Shown one piece after another: positions 48,674 to 59,161 of a stretch of DNA of 64,000 nt. Positions within the stretch are counted from its first letter, which is position 1, and each line of letters begins with the position of its first letter. The translations under genes and the position numbers were made by a program. The stretch comes from an uncultured Acidimicrobiaceae bacterium. Its GTDB lineage: Bacteria; Actinomycetota; Acidimicrobiia; Spongiisociales; UBA5794. The stretch lies in assembly GCA_964397045.1 (NCBI GenBank), contig CAYNHF010000049.1, positions 1,027 through 65,026 on the forward strand, in the 5' to 3' direction. Below the pieces are notes generated by a model, which saw only the letters and a list, made by a program, of their open reading frames with translations, was not told where the DNA came from and searched no databases.

Positions 48674-49878
48674 TGGCTGAAGCCTTCGTGTGCGACACGA
48701 TTCGTACCCCGATTGGGCGTTTTGGCGGCAGCCTCGCCGCAGTCAGGACCGATGACCTCGCTGCCATCCCTATCCGAGCCCTCATGGAACGGAACCCCGG
48801 GGTCGACTGGGATGTCACAGACGACGTGGTGATGGGCTGCGCGAATCAGGCGGGTGAGGACAACCGGAATGTTGCCAGGATGGCCACCTTGCTCGCGGGC
48901 CTGCCCTTCGAAGTGCCCGCGAGCACGGTCAACCGGCTTTGTGGATCCGGCATGGAGGCGATTGGACTCGCGGCGCGCGCCATCAAAGTGGGGGAGGCCG
49001 ATCTCATGATCGGCGGTGGGGTCGAGTCGATGAGCCGGGCGCCGAAGGTGATTCCGAAGGCAGAAACGGCGTTCTCGCGCAGTGCCGAGATCTACGACAC
49101 GACTCTTGGCTGGCGATTCGTGAACCCTGCGCTCGAGGCGCGGGTGGGGCGCGACGAGATGTCCGGCACAGCTGAGAACGTTGCCACGGAGTTCGAAGTG
49201 TCTCGTGAGGACCAGGACGCCTTCGCTTTGCGCAGCCAGGAGCGCGCCGCGAAGGCGATCGCGGCGGGAAGGCTGGCAGACGAGATTGTCGCGGTCGAGG
49301 TTCCGCGCCGCCGCGGTGCCCCGGCACTGGTCGACACCGACGAACATCCCCGGCCGGATACGTCGCTGGACAAGCTCAGTGCGTTGCGGACGATCTTCCC
49401 GGACGGAGGGACCGTTACCGCAGGCAATGCCAGCGGCATCAACGACGGTGCTGCGGCAGCAATCGTTGCATCCGAGGCATCCGTTGCGCGCCACCAGCTG
49501 GAACCCATGGCCCGAGTGGTGGGAATGGCGGTAGCCGGCGTGCCACCGCGGATCATGGGCATCGGTCCCGCACCGGCCACCCGCAAGTTGCTCGACCGCA
49601 CCGGAGTTGCGCTCGAGGACATCGGCGTGATCGAGTTGAACGAGGCGTTTGCTTCGCAGTCGCTGGCGGTCCTCCGCATGCTCGGCCTGCCGGACGACGC
49701 GGAACACGTCAACCCGAACGGTGGTGCGATAGCGCTAGGCCATCCACTGGGGATGAGCGGGGCTCGATTGGTAACCACCGCGGTGCGGGAGATGCGGCTG
49801 CGTGACACGCGATACGGCCTAACGACCATGTGCATCGGGGTGGGTCAGGGGATCGCGATGCTCCTCGAGCGAGTATGA
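48674..49878 (+). CDS. paaJ: Acetyl-CoA C-acyltransferase / 3-oxoadipyl-CoA thiolase (PaaJ-like)
   Basis: Thiolase active-site Cys (VNRLCGSGMEA), the NEAFASQ block and C-terminal GHPLGMSGARL. AAGGAGGG RBS before the ATG at 48674. Confidence 0.85.
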
Positions 49879-49943
49879 GTCGGCGCCGCGATCGAGGACG
49901 CGCCGGAACACGGAATCAATCAGAACGAGAGAAGTAGGAGACG

Positions 49944-51605
49944 ATGGCCACCGACTACTACGACACCCATCGAAGCACTTTCAAGAAGGCACGGGGGGCC
50001 CTCCAGACACGTGAGTACTGGTCTCCGTACGCCGAGAGCCCTCGGGCCTATGAAGACGCTGCCCCCAAGGAAGGTGAAGCTGCGTATTCCGCAAGACTCG
50101 GAAAGCCGTTCGTGTTGGAAGGCCACCCGGGCGAGGGCTTCATCGAGGTCGCCGAATCCTCCCCCTACGGGGTAGAGCTCGGGATCAGCTATCCCAAGGC
50201 CGATCCGGGCGAACTGATCGCCGGGGCGCAGGCAGCGATGGCGGAATGGGGCCTGGCGAGCGCCAAAACCCGCGCCGGTGTGTGCTTGGAGATCCTGGAT
50301 CGCCTGTCTGCTGCCAGTTTCGAGATGGCGCATGCGGTGATGCAAACAACGGGGCAAGCGTTTCTGATGGCGTTCCAGGCAGGTGGGCCGCACGCACTGG
50401 ACCGGGGCCTCGAGGCCACCGCGTACGGGTTCAACGAACTGCGTCGGATGCCTCGCGAGATGCAGTGGGAGAAGCCGCAGGGCAAGCGCGATCCGATTGT
50501 CATCGACAAGACTTGGCGGACCCGCCCTGCCGGCATCGCCGTGACGGTTGGTGTGTCCACATTCCCCACCTGGAATGGCTATCCGGGGGTTTTTGCCAGC
50601 CTCGTGACCGGCAATGTCGTGATCGTGAAGCCACACCCGGAGACGATCCTGCCGTTCGCCTTGTTTGTGGAGACGGCGCGCGGGGTGCTGGCAGAGGCGG
50701 GCTTCGACCCGAACGTAGTCACACTCGCTGCCGATACCCCCGACCGTCCGATCGCCAAAGATCTGGTGAAGGATCCGGCAGTGGCGATCGTCGACTACAC
50801 GGGTGGCGCTGCTTTCGGCAACTGGCTCGAGGAGAACGCGACCCATGCCGCTGTGTTCACCGAGAAGTCGGGCGTGAACTCCGTGGTCCTCGATTCGGCG
50901 CCGGACCTGAAGGGCGTGTTCCGCAACCTGAGCGTCTCCATGTCGATGTACTCGGGTCAGATGTGCACGACGCCGCAGAACGTCTACATACCTCGAGATG
51001 GCATCGTTGTGGGCGACGAAGTGGTGCCTTTCGACGCGGTGCTGGACGCTTTCTCTGGGGCGATTGAGGGCCTGCTGGCAGACGACGCCAGAGCCAGCGA
51101 CATTCTCGGTTCCATCAAGGGTACGGCCACGATGGAGCGGATCGACGCGGCGGGTTCAGGAGGCGAGGTCGTCCTGGAGTCACGGACGGTGGTCAACCCG
51201 ACCTTCCCGGCCGCCGTCGTCCGCACGCCGGTAGTCGTCGCAGTAGACGCGGCGGACCAGGCGCTCTACATGCGAGAGATGTTCGGGCCCGTTATCTACG
51301 TGGTGGCGACCGATTCCACCGAGCAAAGCCTGGCGCTTGCCCGCGAGTCTGCTCGGTCGCACGGTGCGCTCACCTGGCTGGTCTACACCACGGACGCGGA
51401 CATGATGGAGGCGGCGATCGACGCTGCCGTCGACGCCGGTGTATCGGTGGCGTTCAATCTGACCGGTGCCCTTTTCGTGAACCAGTCTGCTGCCTTCAGC
51501 GATTTCCACGTGACCGGGGCAAATCCGTCCGGTAATGCATCTTTGACCGATCCGGCGTTCATCGCGGGGCGCTTCCGCGTGATCGGGGTCAGGACGCCGG
51601 CCTAG
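49944..51605 (+). CDS. paaN: Phenylacetic acid degradation protein PaaN (ring-opening aldehyde dehydrogenase family)
   Basis: 553-aa ALDH-superfamily protein with the PaaN-type N-terminus (REYWSPYAESP) and a catalytic Cys region (YSGQMCTTP). Confidence 0.65.
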   Translation: MATDYYDTHRSTFKKARGALQTREYWSPYAESPRAYEDAAPKEGEAAYSARLGKPFVLEGHPGEGFIEVAESSPYGVELGISYPKADPGELIAGAQAAMAEWGLASAKTRAGVCLEILDRLSAASFEMAHAVMQTTGQAFLMAFQAGGPHALDRGLEATAYGFNELRRMPREMQWEKPQGKRDPIVIDKTWRTRPAGIAVTVGVSTFPTWNGYPGVFASLVTGNVVIVKPHPETILPFALFVETARGVLAEAGFDPNVVTLAADTPDRPIAKDLVKDPAVAIVDYTGGAAFGNWLEENATHAAVFTEKSGVNSVVLDSAPDLKGVFRNLSVSMSMYSGQMCTTPQNVYIPRDGIVVGDEVVPFDAVLDAFSGAIEGLLADDARASDILGSIKGTATMERIDAAGSGGEVVLESRTVVNPTFPAAVVRTPVVVAVDAADQALYMREMFGPVIYVVATDSTEQSLALARESARSHGALTWLVYTTDADMMEAAIDAAVDAGVSVAFNLTGALFVNQSAAFSDFHVTGANPSGNASLTDPAFIAGRFRVIGVRTPA

Positions 51606-51646
51606 GGCGCCCGGGTCGACGTAATCTGAACGATTGACGTCCTAAG

Positions 51647-51674
51647 ACCCCCGTAATCCAAGGATTTCGGGGGT
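51647..51674 (+). terminator. Hairpin downstream of paaN (acccccg-N14-cgggggt) followed by a T-rich stretch
   Basis: 7-bp GC stem at 51647-51653 and 51668-51674, then tcgatccctattctct. Confidence 0.3.
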
Positions 51675-51718
51675 TCGATCCCTATTCTCTGCGTCATTCC
51701 ATAGAAAGGGAGGCAACC

Positions 51719-52423
51719 GTGTCGTTCTGGGACCGGCTAGTCGAAGAATTGCGATCACTCGCCGAGTTGATCGTCGAGTGGGCGATCATCCTTGCGGTCG
51801 CGCTGTTAGTACTGATCATCGGTCGATGGATCCTGCAATGGGTGCGGCGCATCATCGTGAAGCTCCTGGGGGCCAATTGGCTCGACGGGGTCTGGCAACG
51901 GTCTGGCGTCAACGCGGCCCTTGCCCCTTCGGGTCAGACTGCTGCCTCAATCACCGGGACCATCGTCTACGCGTATCTGATGCTGGGTCTGTGGACCGTG
52001 GTAGTAAGGATTCTGAACCTGCAGACGATTGAGATCTTGCTGATACGGTTGCTGGCATGGATCCCGGTGTTGCTCCTGGGGGCAGTCATCATCATCGTTG
52101 CCGCTGCCGTGGCGAGCTGGACGGCGGATCTGGTGCGGCCGTTCGCAGACAACCGCGGGATTCCGTGGCTGACTTGGGCCATCCAGATCGGGATCATCGT
52201 CTTTGGTGTGCTGTTCGCACTCGACATCCTGCAGGTCAGGTTTGCCGAGGACGTGGTCAAGATCGTGACGGCCGCCTTCGGGATCGCGCTAGCGATCGCG
52301 TTCGGGGTTGGCGGCATCGACGCAGCCAAGCAGTGGTGGGAGAAGTACGCCACGCCAGGCGTCTCGCAGCGTGACGCCACAGCCCATCAGCCTCCGCCGC
52401 AGCCAGAGGCTCCGCAGGGCTGA
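51719..52423 (+). CDS. Small multi-TM membrane protein (conserved-TM-helix / MscS-associated-repeat-like)
   Basis: 234 aa, four or five TM segments, repeated hydrophobic-helix architecture. GTG start after an AAGGGAGG RBS. Confidence 0.35.
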   Translation: MSFWDRLVEELRSLAELIVEWAIILAVALLVLIIGRWILQWVRRIIVKLLGANWLDGVWQRSGVNAALAPSGQTAASITGTIVYAYLMLGLWTVVVRILNLQTIEILLIRLLAWIPVLLLGAVIIIVAAAVASWTADLVRPFADNRGIPWLTWAIQIGIIVFGVLFALDILQVRFAEDVVKIVTAAFGIALAIAFGVGGIDAAKQWWEKYATPGVSQRDATAHQPPPQPEAPQG

Positions 52424-52449
52424 CCGCTTCCGGTACGGACACAGACCGA

Positions 52450-52479
52450 AGAGAGGGGGAGGCTGACCTCCCCCTCTCT
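52450..52479 (+). terminator. Perfect 13-bp GC-rich hairpin (agagagggggagg-ctga-cctccccctctct) 27 nt downstream of the membrane-protein gene
   Basis: The inverted repeat can be read directly from the sequence. Intrinsic-terminator-like, but it lacks a clear U-tract. Confidence 0.5.
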
Positions 52480-52595
52480 CTGTGAGCGCTCGCGAATTCT
52501 CTCCGACATCGCGGAACCGATTTCTCTAACGTAAGCGCACCTCGCCTCAGGTGAGATACAACCGGTGCGGAGAGGCCGCGAGCTTGGGAGGGCCG

Positions 52596-54467
52596 ATGAC
52601 CTCGACGATCGATCGTTCGCAGGCACCCGAAGTCGGCCGCGGTTATCCGACGGTGGCCAGCCGGATGCGCGACCGTGCCGCTCAGTCCCCGGATCTCGTG
52701 GCGATGCGAGAGAAGGACTTCGGTATCTGGCAGGAATACACCTGGGCCGCGACCTGGGATGACGTCCGGATTGCAGCTCATGGACTACTCGCACTCGGCG
52801 TCGGGTTGGGCGACGTGGTGGCGGTCCATTCAGAAGACCGTCCCGAATGGGTCATCCTGGACCTTGCTGCGGTCGCGATTCGCGCCATCACCACCGGCAT
52901 GTATCCCACCAATCCAACCGCCGAGACTCAATACCTGCTCGCGGACTCGGGTGCCAGAGTGCACTTGGCGGAGGATCAGGAGCAGGTGGACAAGGTGATG
53001 GAGATCCCGGACGCGGAGATTCCGGGAGTTTCCACGATTCTGTACGTTGAACCGCGCGGCCTTCTTCGTTACGAGGATCCGCGGCTCATGTCCTGGGATT
53101 CGTTCATGGATCTCGGCCGCGAGCATCGGGCACAACACGACGGGGCCGTGGAAGCACTGATGGCGGCCGCAGAGGGCTCAGACGTGGTGACGCTCGTGTA
53201 CACGTCCGGCACTACCGGACCTCCGAAGGGCGCGATGCTCACAAATGAGAACGCGGCCTACTGCATCGACCAGGTGGTAAACGTCGACGGCCGCATCATC
53301 ACCGGCCCACCCCGCCTCGGGGATCAGGTGGTCACTTACCTCCCGCTGTGCCACGTCGCGGAACGGATCTTCTCCACCTGGACAATGGCAGGCAACGGCA
53401 TCACATTGAATTTCGCAGAGTCGATCGAGACGGTGCAGGTCAATCTGCGCGAGATCCAGCCGACCCTGTTCTTCGCGGTGCCCCGGATCTGGGAGAAGAT
53501 CCACGCCACGGTGCTGATCAAGTTGCAGGACGGCACCCGGTTCAAACGCACGGTCAGCAGGTTCGGTCTCAAGATGGCGGCTTCGATTGGCCGGAAACGG
53601 GTGGCCAACGGCGGGGATCACACCGTATCGAGTCGCTTGATGTACTGGGTGGGCAACGTACTGGTCTATCGGGCGCTGAAGGAGCGGATCGGGCTGCGGC
53701 GCGCCCGCTGGGCGGCATCGGGGGCCGCTCCGATCGCACCGGAGGTCCTCGAGTTCTTCATGGGTCTCGGAGTCCCGATCTACGAGCTCTACGGCATGAC
53801 GGAAAACGCAGCGGTGGCGACGAACAACTTCCCCCACCGCGTGAAGCTCGGGACCGTCGGAGAAGCGTATCCCGGAATCGGATTGCGGATCGACGAGGAG
53901 ACGGGCGAGATCCAGACCAAACATCCTGCGGTGTTCATCGGATACTGGAACAAGCCGGAGCAAACCGCAGAGGCGTTCACCGAAGACGGCTGGCTGCGAA
54001 CCGGTGATGTGGGGATCTGGGTGGACGGCACCCACGTGAAGATCGTCGACAGGGTCAAGGACATCATCATCACGTCCGGCGGCAAGAACATCTCGCCCTC
54101 CGAGATCGAGAACAGCCTCAAGACGTCGCCTTATGTGAAAGAGGCCATGGTGATCGGGGACGGCCGGAAGTATCTCACGGCGCTGATCGGCATCGAACTG
54201 GACACGGTCGGCAATTGGGCACTCCGGAAAGGCATCCCTTACACCACGTATCGCGACCTTTCCGAGAAACCGCAGGTCATAGAGCTGATTCAGGGCGTGG
54301 TGACCGATACGAACGACAAGTTCGCCAGGGTGGAACACGTACGCAAGTTCCGGCTGCTGCCCAAAGAACTTGACCACGAGGACGGCGAACTCACCGCCAC
54401 TCAGAAGTTGAAGCGCGACTCGATGACGGCCATGTTCGGCGATCTGGTGGAGGGCCTGTACCGATGA
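52596..54467 (+). CDS. AMP-dependent long-chain acyl-CoA synthetase (FadD-like)
   Basis: AMP-binding motif LVYTSGTTGPPKGAML and the ANL-superfamily motifs (GEIQTKHPAVFIGYWN; ITSGGKNISP). The ATG at 52596 was chosen inside the 52551 ORF. Confidence 0.8.
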   Translation: MTSTIDRSQAPEVGRGYPTVASRMRDRAAQSPDLVAMREKDFGIWQEYTWAATWDDVRIAAHGLLALGVGLGDVVAVHSEDRPEWVILDLAAVAIRAITTGMYPTNPTAETQYLLADSGARVHLAEDQEQVDKVMEIPDAEIPGVSTILYVEPRGLLRYEDPRLMSWDSFMDLGREHRAQHDGAVEALMAAAEGSDVVTLVYTSGTTGPPKGAMLTNENAAYCIDQVVNVDGRIITGPPRLGDQVVTYLPLCHVAERIFSTWTMAGNGITLNFAESIETVQVNLREIQPTLFFAVPRIWEKIHATVLIKLQDGTRFKRTVSRFGLKMAASIGRKRVANGGDHTVSSRLMYWVGNVLVYRALKERIGLRRARWAASGAAPIAPEVLEFFMGLGVPIYELYGMTENAAVATNNFPHRVKLGTVGEAYPGIGLRIDEETGEIQTKHPAVFIGYWNKPEQTAEAFTEDGWLRTGDVGIWVDGTHVKIVDRVKDIIITSGGKNISPSEIENSLKTSPYVKEAMVIGDGRKYLTALIGIELDTVGNWALRKGIPYTTYRDLSEKPQVIELIQGVVTDTNDKFARVEHVRKFRLLPKELDHEDGELTATQKLKRDSMTAMFGDLVEGLYR

Positions 54468-54534
54468 CGCCGGGGGGTCGCCAGCGAACACTGCTGCCGC
54501 ACGCTGCCGGCCGCAACTCCAGAAACCAACGCAG

Positions 54535-55518
54535 TTGATGTTCCTCGATCCCATGCTGGCCCAGGCCGCACAAGGGGGGGTCGAGAAGTTCGCCAACGCC
54601 ACACTCAGCGGCCTCGCACTAGGTGCGATCTATGCCCTGCTCGCCTTGGGCCTGGTGATGATCTACAAGTCGACACAAGTGTTGAACTTCGCCCACGGAG
54701 CACTGGCGGCGCTCGGCGCCTATTTCGCCGCCTACTTCGCGGTGACGCTCAACTTCCCCGGCCGCTACATGGACGGTGCCCCACAGACACTGCAGTGGAT
54801 CCTGTCTGGTGCCACTGCAGTCCTTGTCGTGGCCGCGCTGGGCTTCGTCATCGAACGGCTGACCATTCGGCCGATGATCGGCGAGCCGCTGTTCGCCGTT
54901 GTCATGATCACCATTGCGCTCGACATCATTCTGCGCACCTTCGTGCGCGATCTCGTGGGAGACGATCCGCGTCCACTCGGGAGCCCATGGGGTTCGGACG
55001 TTCTCGAGTTCGGGACCGGGATCATCGCCAAGGCCGAGGTGGCAACGATCGTGGCCGCGATCCTCACGTTCGGCGCCGTGGCCTGGTTCTTCCGCTCGCG
55101 ACTCGGCATCGCGATGCGGGCCACCGCCTTCGACCAGGAAGCGGCTATGGCCCAGGGCATCAGCGCCGGCCGCATCTTCACACTGGCGTGGGTCATCGGC
55201 GCCGGGTTGGCGGCGCTGGCGGGGATCTTCTCTTCGCTGTTTCCCCGATCCATCGGTGCCAGTGAGCTCACGGCGTTCTTCGCGTTCCGTGCACTTCCGG
55301 CGGTGGTGATCGGCGGGCTCGACTCGATCACGGGCGCAATCATCGGCGGGTTCATCGTTGGTCTCGCCGAGGTGTACGCCGGGGCCTACCTCACTGGAGA
55401 CACCTTCTCGTTCCTGGGACTCGGCTTCGCCGGCATCTGGCCATACATCGTCATGCTGATCGTCTTGCTCGTACGCCCCTATGGATTGTTCGGCACAGAG
55501 GAGATCCGGAGGGTATGA
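54535..55518 (+). CDS. Branched-chain-amino-acid-type ABC transporter permease (LivH-like)
   Basis: About 8 TM segments and the LivH-family conserved loop (IMIYKSTQVLNFAHGAL). Confidence 0.8.
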   Translation: MMFLDPMLAQAAQGGVEKFANATLSGLALGAIYALLALGLVMIYKSTQVLNFAHGALAALGAYFAAYFAVTLNFPGRYMDGAPQTLQWILSGATAVLVVAALGFVIERLTIRPMIGEPLFAVVMITIALDIILRTFVRDLVGDDPRPLGSPWGSDVLEFGTGIIAKAEVATIVAAILTFGAVAWFFRSRLGIAMRATAFDQEAAMAQGISAGRIFTLAWVIGAGLAALAGIFSSLFPRSIGASELTAFFAFRALPAVVIGGLDSITGAIIGGFIVGLAEVYAGAYLTGDTFSFLGLGFAGIWPYIVMLIVLLVRPYGLFGTEEIRRV

Positions 55519-56813
55519 GAGGACGTCCGAACCTCTACGTGTCGTACTCGGCGGAGATGTCGCTCCTGCCAACGTGGACCCAGCGGGTGGCCGCGATCGT
55601 GTTCCTCGGGTTCCTGGTCCTCATCCCACTGCAAAGCGCAGACGGCGGCGGCATCATCCCCGGCCTCGGTTTCCTGGGTGACTCGGGATGGATGCGGATT
55701 CTGAGCGAGGTGTTGATCCTCGCCATTGGTGCCCTCGGGCTACACATCCTGACCGGCCTCACGGGTCAGGTGTCGCTGGGCCATGCATTCTTCATGGGCG
55801 TGGGCGCCTTCACCGCAGCGGTACTCGGTGGCGAGACTGGGAAAGCGACGTGGGGTCTCGGACTCCCCATCTGGATCTGGCTGCCTGCCGCGGGCATCGT
55901 CGCAGCGCTGGTGGGTGCCCTCGTTGCCCCCACCGCGGTTCGGGTTCGCGGGATCTACCTGGCGATTGTGACGTTGGGTTTGGTCTTCATTGGAGAGTGG
56001 TTGTGGCGCAGTCTGCCGGACATCACGGGTGGATCACAGTCGGGCAGGGAGTTTCCCGGGATGACGCTGCGGGTCTGGCAGGAGGAGGAGCCGCTGATCG
56101 ACTTCGGCTCGGATGGGCCGTTATGGATCATCCTCAAGCCAATCGACTGGCTGATCCCCTGGGTCAGCGTCGAGGAGATGTCCGGGGAGGCGAAGACCTA
56201 TCTGTTCCTGCTCCTGCTCACGGTGATTGCTGTCGTTGTGACCAAGAACGTTCAAAGGACCCGGCCCGGCCGCAGCTTCATGGCGATTCGCGACCGTGAT
56301 GTAGCTGCCGAAATCATGGGGGTGCCCGAAGCACGCAGCAAGGCCGTGTCGTTCGCCCTCTCCTCGTTCTATGCAGGTGTCGCCGGTGCCCTGCTCGGAG
56401 CGTTCACCCTGAGGCTGATACCCGAGAGCTTCGGACTGTTCCTCTCCGTGCAGTTCCTGGCGATCCTTTTGATCGGCGGGGTAGGCACTGTGGCAGGCAC
56501 CCTCATGGGCGCGGTGCTCGTCGGGGTGCTGCCCAGGATCGTCCAGGATCTCACCGACACCCTGGACCGCACCGTTGAGACCGGTACCGGGTTCTTCGCC
56601 CCGGTCGCAGACGTTGTGATGTCCACAGGTCCGGATGACTTCGGGCTGGTATCGACGCTGGCAGGCAAGTCCCCCGGGTTCAACGTTTCGCAGCTCAACA
56701 TCTTCCTGTACGGCATCATCCTGATCGTGTTCCTGATCTTCGAGCCACTCGGGCTTTATGGGATCTGGCTGCGGATCCGCAACTACTGGAAGGGCTGGCC
56801 ATTCACGTATTGA
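55515..56813 (+). CDS. Branched-chain-amino-acid-type ABC transporter permease (LivM-like)
   Basis: 432 aa; the multi-TM LivM family with GQVSLGHAFFMGVGAF. Confidence 0.8.
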   Translation: MRGRPNLYVSYSAEMSLLPTWTQRVAAIVFLGFLVLIPLQSADGGGIIPGLGFLGDSGWMRILSEVLILAIGALGLHILTGLTGQVSLGHAFFMGVGAFTAAVLGGETGKATWGLGLPIWIWLPAAGIVAALVGALVAPTAVRVRGIYLAIVTLGLVFIGEWLWRSLPDITGGSQSGREFPGMTLRVWQEEEPLIDFGSDGPLWIILKPIDWLIPWVSVEEMSGEAKTYLFLLLLTVIAVVVTKNVQRTRPGRSFMAIRDRDVAAEIMGVPEARSKAVSFALSSFYAGVAGALLGAFTLRLIPESFGLFLSVQFLAILLIGGVGTVAGTLMGAVLVGVLPRIVQDLTDTLDRTVETGTGFFAPVADVVMSTGPDDFGLVSTLAGKSPGFNVSQLNIFLYGIILIVFLIFEPLGLYGIWLRIRNYWKGWPFTY

Positions 56814-56907
56814 CAGATCTCCGGGCGAGGCGAGCGGTACTCCGTTCCACCATCGACCCGGATGGCAAGAAAACAACCAAGACACCCAAACGAGGAGGAG
56901 GTTGCAG

Positions 56908-58290
56908 ATGAAACGCAGATACAGCGTGCTCATTCTGCTGGTCGTGTTCGCTCTGGTGGCCGCGTCGTGCGGTGATGACTCGAGTGATACCACAACCACG
57001 GCAGGGGAAACGACAACTACTACAGCCGCGAGCGGCGGAGAGACGACCACGACGGCTGCGAGCGGTGGAGAGACCACCACCACGGCGGGCGAGATGATGG
57101 ATATCGCGACGGACGTTGGTGTCGACCTCGAGGCCGGCACTATCAAGGTCGGCCTGCTCGCCGACCTGAGCGGTCCCTTCGCGGGCCTGGTCAATCCGAT
57201 TGTGGCAGGCCAGGAGGCCTACTGGGCGGCACTGAACGCGGCAGGGGGCATCAATGGACTGATGGTGGAGCCAATCACCCGGGACACGGGTTACGAAGCG
57301 CCCCGCCACATCAGCCTCTATGAGGAGCTCAAGGAAGAGGTCGTGGCGTTCTCGCAGTCGACCGGCACCCCGCAGACCCTCGCCATCAACGAGGCCCTGC
57401 AGAGTGACGGCGTCCTCGCCATCCCGTTGACGTGGTACTCCGGGTGGACCGACCCTTCGATCAACGCCAACCTATTGCATCACGGTGTGCCGTATTGCGT
57501 CGAGGCGATGAACGCCATCGAGTGGCTCAGTGGACAGATGGACATCCAGACGATGGCGGTTGCCTCGCTGGGAGGCGACTACGGGCTCGACTCGACTGCG
57601 GGTGCCTTGATGGCTGCAGCTGAGCTCGGGATCGAAGTCGTGTACGACGGCTCCGGTGCCATAACCGGCGCCGAAGCGCTGAAGCCGGTCTCGGACGCGA
57701 TCGTGGCAAGCGGGGCAGACCTTGTATTCGTCACCGCGACGTCGGGAACCTTCGGACCCATCTACCAGAACGCAATTGCCCAAGGCTTCGACGCCGCGGC
57801 CTGGACCGGCGCGTTTGTGACCTACAGCCCTGCGTACCTCACGTCGGACTTCGCGGAGCAGTTCGTCGGCGACTGGTACGGCTCGGCCTATCTGCGGCCG
57901 TGGGGGGCGGACACGCCCGGTAACGCTGCGGTGCGCGACCTCATGACTGCCGCAGGCGCCACTCAGGCGACGTCCTACTACGGAGAAGGAGTCATCGAGG
58001 CCCAGATGATTGAGGAAGCGCTGCGGATCGCCTACGACAACGGCGATATGACCCAGGCCGGTGTGCTGGCCGCGGCCAAGTCCATTACGGACCTCGACTT
58101 CGGCGGCCTGGCGCCGAACGAGTCGTACGCGGGAACTCCCAATGAACAGCTGCAGCGGGTGTCGATCATCTACAACACGTCGATCGAGAACCTCGCAGCA
58201 GGCGGCGACGGAATCGTCATGATCGAGGACTCCTACGTGGGCACCCTTGCCGAGAACTTCGACTTCCAGCAAGCCTGCTACCAGCTGTGA
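56908..58290 (+). CDS. ABC transporter substrate-binding lipoprotein (Liv/amide-type periplasmic binding protein) with Thr-rich repeat linker
   Basis: MKRRYSVLILLVVFALVAASCGDD signal plus lipobox, a TTTAASGGETTTT tandem-repeat linker, then a type-I periplasmic binding fold. Confidence 0.75.
   Translation: MKRRYSVLILLVVFALVAASCGDDSSDTTTTAGETTTTTAASGGETTTTAASGGETTTTAGEMMDIATDVGVDLEAGTIKVGLLADLSGPFAGLVNPIVAGQEAYWAALNAAGGINGLMVEPITRDTGYEAPRHISLYEELKEEVVAFSQSTGTPQTLAINEALQSDGVLAIPLTWYSGWTDPSINANLLHHGVPYCVEAMNAIEWLSGQMDIQTMAVASLGGDYGLDSTAGALMAAAELGIEVVYDGSGAITGAEALKPVSDAIVASGADLVFVTATSGTFGPIYQNAIAQGFDAAAWTGAFVTYSPAYLTSDFAEQFVGDWYGSAYLRPWGADTPGNAAVRDLMTAAGATQATSYYGEGVIEAQMIEEALRIAYDNGDMTQAGVLAAAKSITDLDFGGLAPNESYAGTPNEQLQRVSIIYNTSIENLAAGGDGIVMIEDSYVGTLAENFDFQQACYQL
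57001..57087 (+). repeat. Three imperfect copies of a ~30-nt tandem repeat encoding (A/S)GGETTTTA in the SBP linker
   Basis: gcgagcggcggagagacgaccacgacggct, then gcgagcggtggagagaccaccaccacggcg, with a more diverged upstream copy. Confidence 0.6.
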
Positions 58291-58369
58291 GTCGAGTTGA
58301 CTGAGTAACTGACCATCCGGTGGGGTGGCCGGCAGACCGGCCACCCCACCTCAAACCAGAAACAGAGAG

Positions 58370-59161
58370 ATGCTCGAAATCGCCAACCTGGAGGTCGTGT
58401 ACAACGACGTGATTCTTGTCCTGCGCGGGATATCGCTCGAGGTGCGCGACGGACAGATCGTGGCACTACTCGGCGCCAACGGTGCAGGCAAGACCACCAC
58501 GCTGCGGGCGGTCGGGGGGCTGCTCGACGTGCACGAGGGCGATATCACCAAGGGTTCGATCACCTGGAACGATGAGCAGATCAACGACAAGGACCCCTCC
58601 GCAATCGTGCGCTCTGGGATCGGTCAGGTGTTGGAGGGTCGCCGGATCTTCGTCGAGATGAACGTCGACGACAACCTGCGGGCCGGGGCCTTCACCAACG
58701 GAAGTCGCTCCAGCGTGAAGGCGTCGTACGAGCGGGTGATGGATCTGTTTCCCGTGCTCAAGACCCGCAGGAAGGACACGGCAGGCTACCTCTCCGGCGG
58801 CGAGCAGCAAATGCTGGCGATCGGTCGCGCTCTGATGGCGGATCCCAAGCTGCTGGTGCTCGATGAGCCATCCCTCGGGCTGGCTCCGCTACTCGTGCAG
58901 CAGATCAGGGACATCATCGTCGACATCAACCAGCAGGGCACGAGCGTCCTGCTGATCGAGCAGAACGCCACGATGGCCCTGTCGGTCGCCGACTACGGCT
59001 ACATCATGGAGACCGGCAAGATCGTCATGGACGGCGATCCTGAGAAGCTGCTGCGCGACGAGGATGTCCAAGAGTTCTACCTCGGCCTGCACGGTGAAGG
59101 GGAACGGAAGTCCTTCCGAGACGTGAAGCACTACAAGCGGCGCAAGCGGTGGCTCTCATGA
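58370..59161 (+). CDS. ABC transporter ATP-binding protein (LivF-like)
   Basis: Walker A GANGAGKTT, signature LSGGEQQML, Walker B LLVLDEPS. Confidence 0.85.
   Translation: MLEIANLEVVYNDVILVLRGISLEVRDGQIVALLGANGAGKTTTLRAVGGLLDVHEGDITKGSITWNDEQINDKDPSAIVRSGIGQVLEGRRIFVEMNVDDNLRAGAFTNGSRSSVKASYERVMDLFPVLKTRRKDTAGYLSGGEQQMLAIGRALMADPKLLVLDEPSLGLAPLLVQQIRDIIVDINQQGTSVLLIEQNATMALSVADYGYIMETGKIVMDGDPEKLLRDEDVQEFYLGLHGEGERKSFRDVKHYKRRKRWLS

Noticed and set aside
51606-51718. tRNA-like GGTTCGATCCC element (T-arm look-alike)
   Set aside because: I could build no acceptor, D or anticodon stems, and the 3' side of a would-be T-stem does not pair. The G-run is better explained as the 3' arm of a terminator hairpin (51647-51674).
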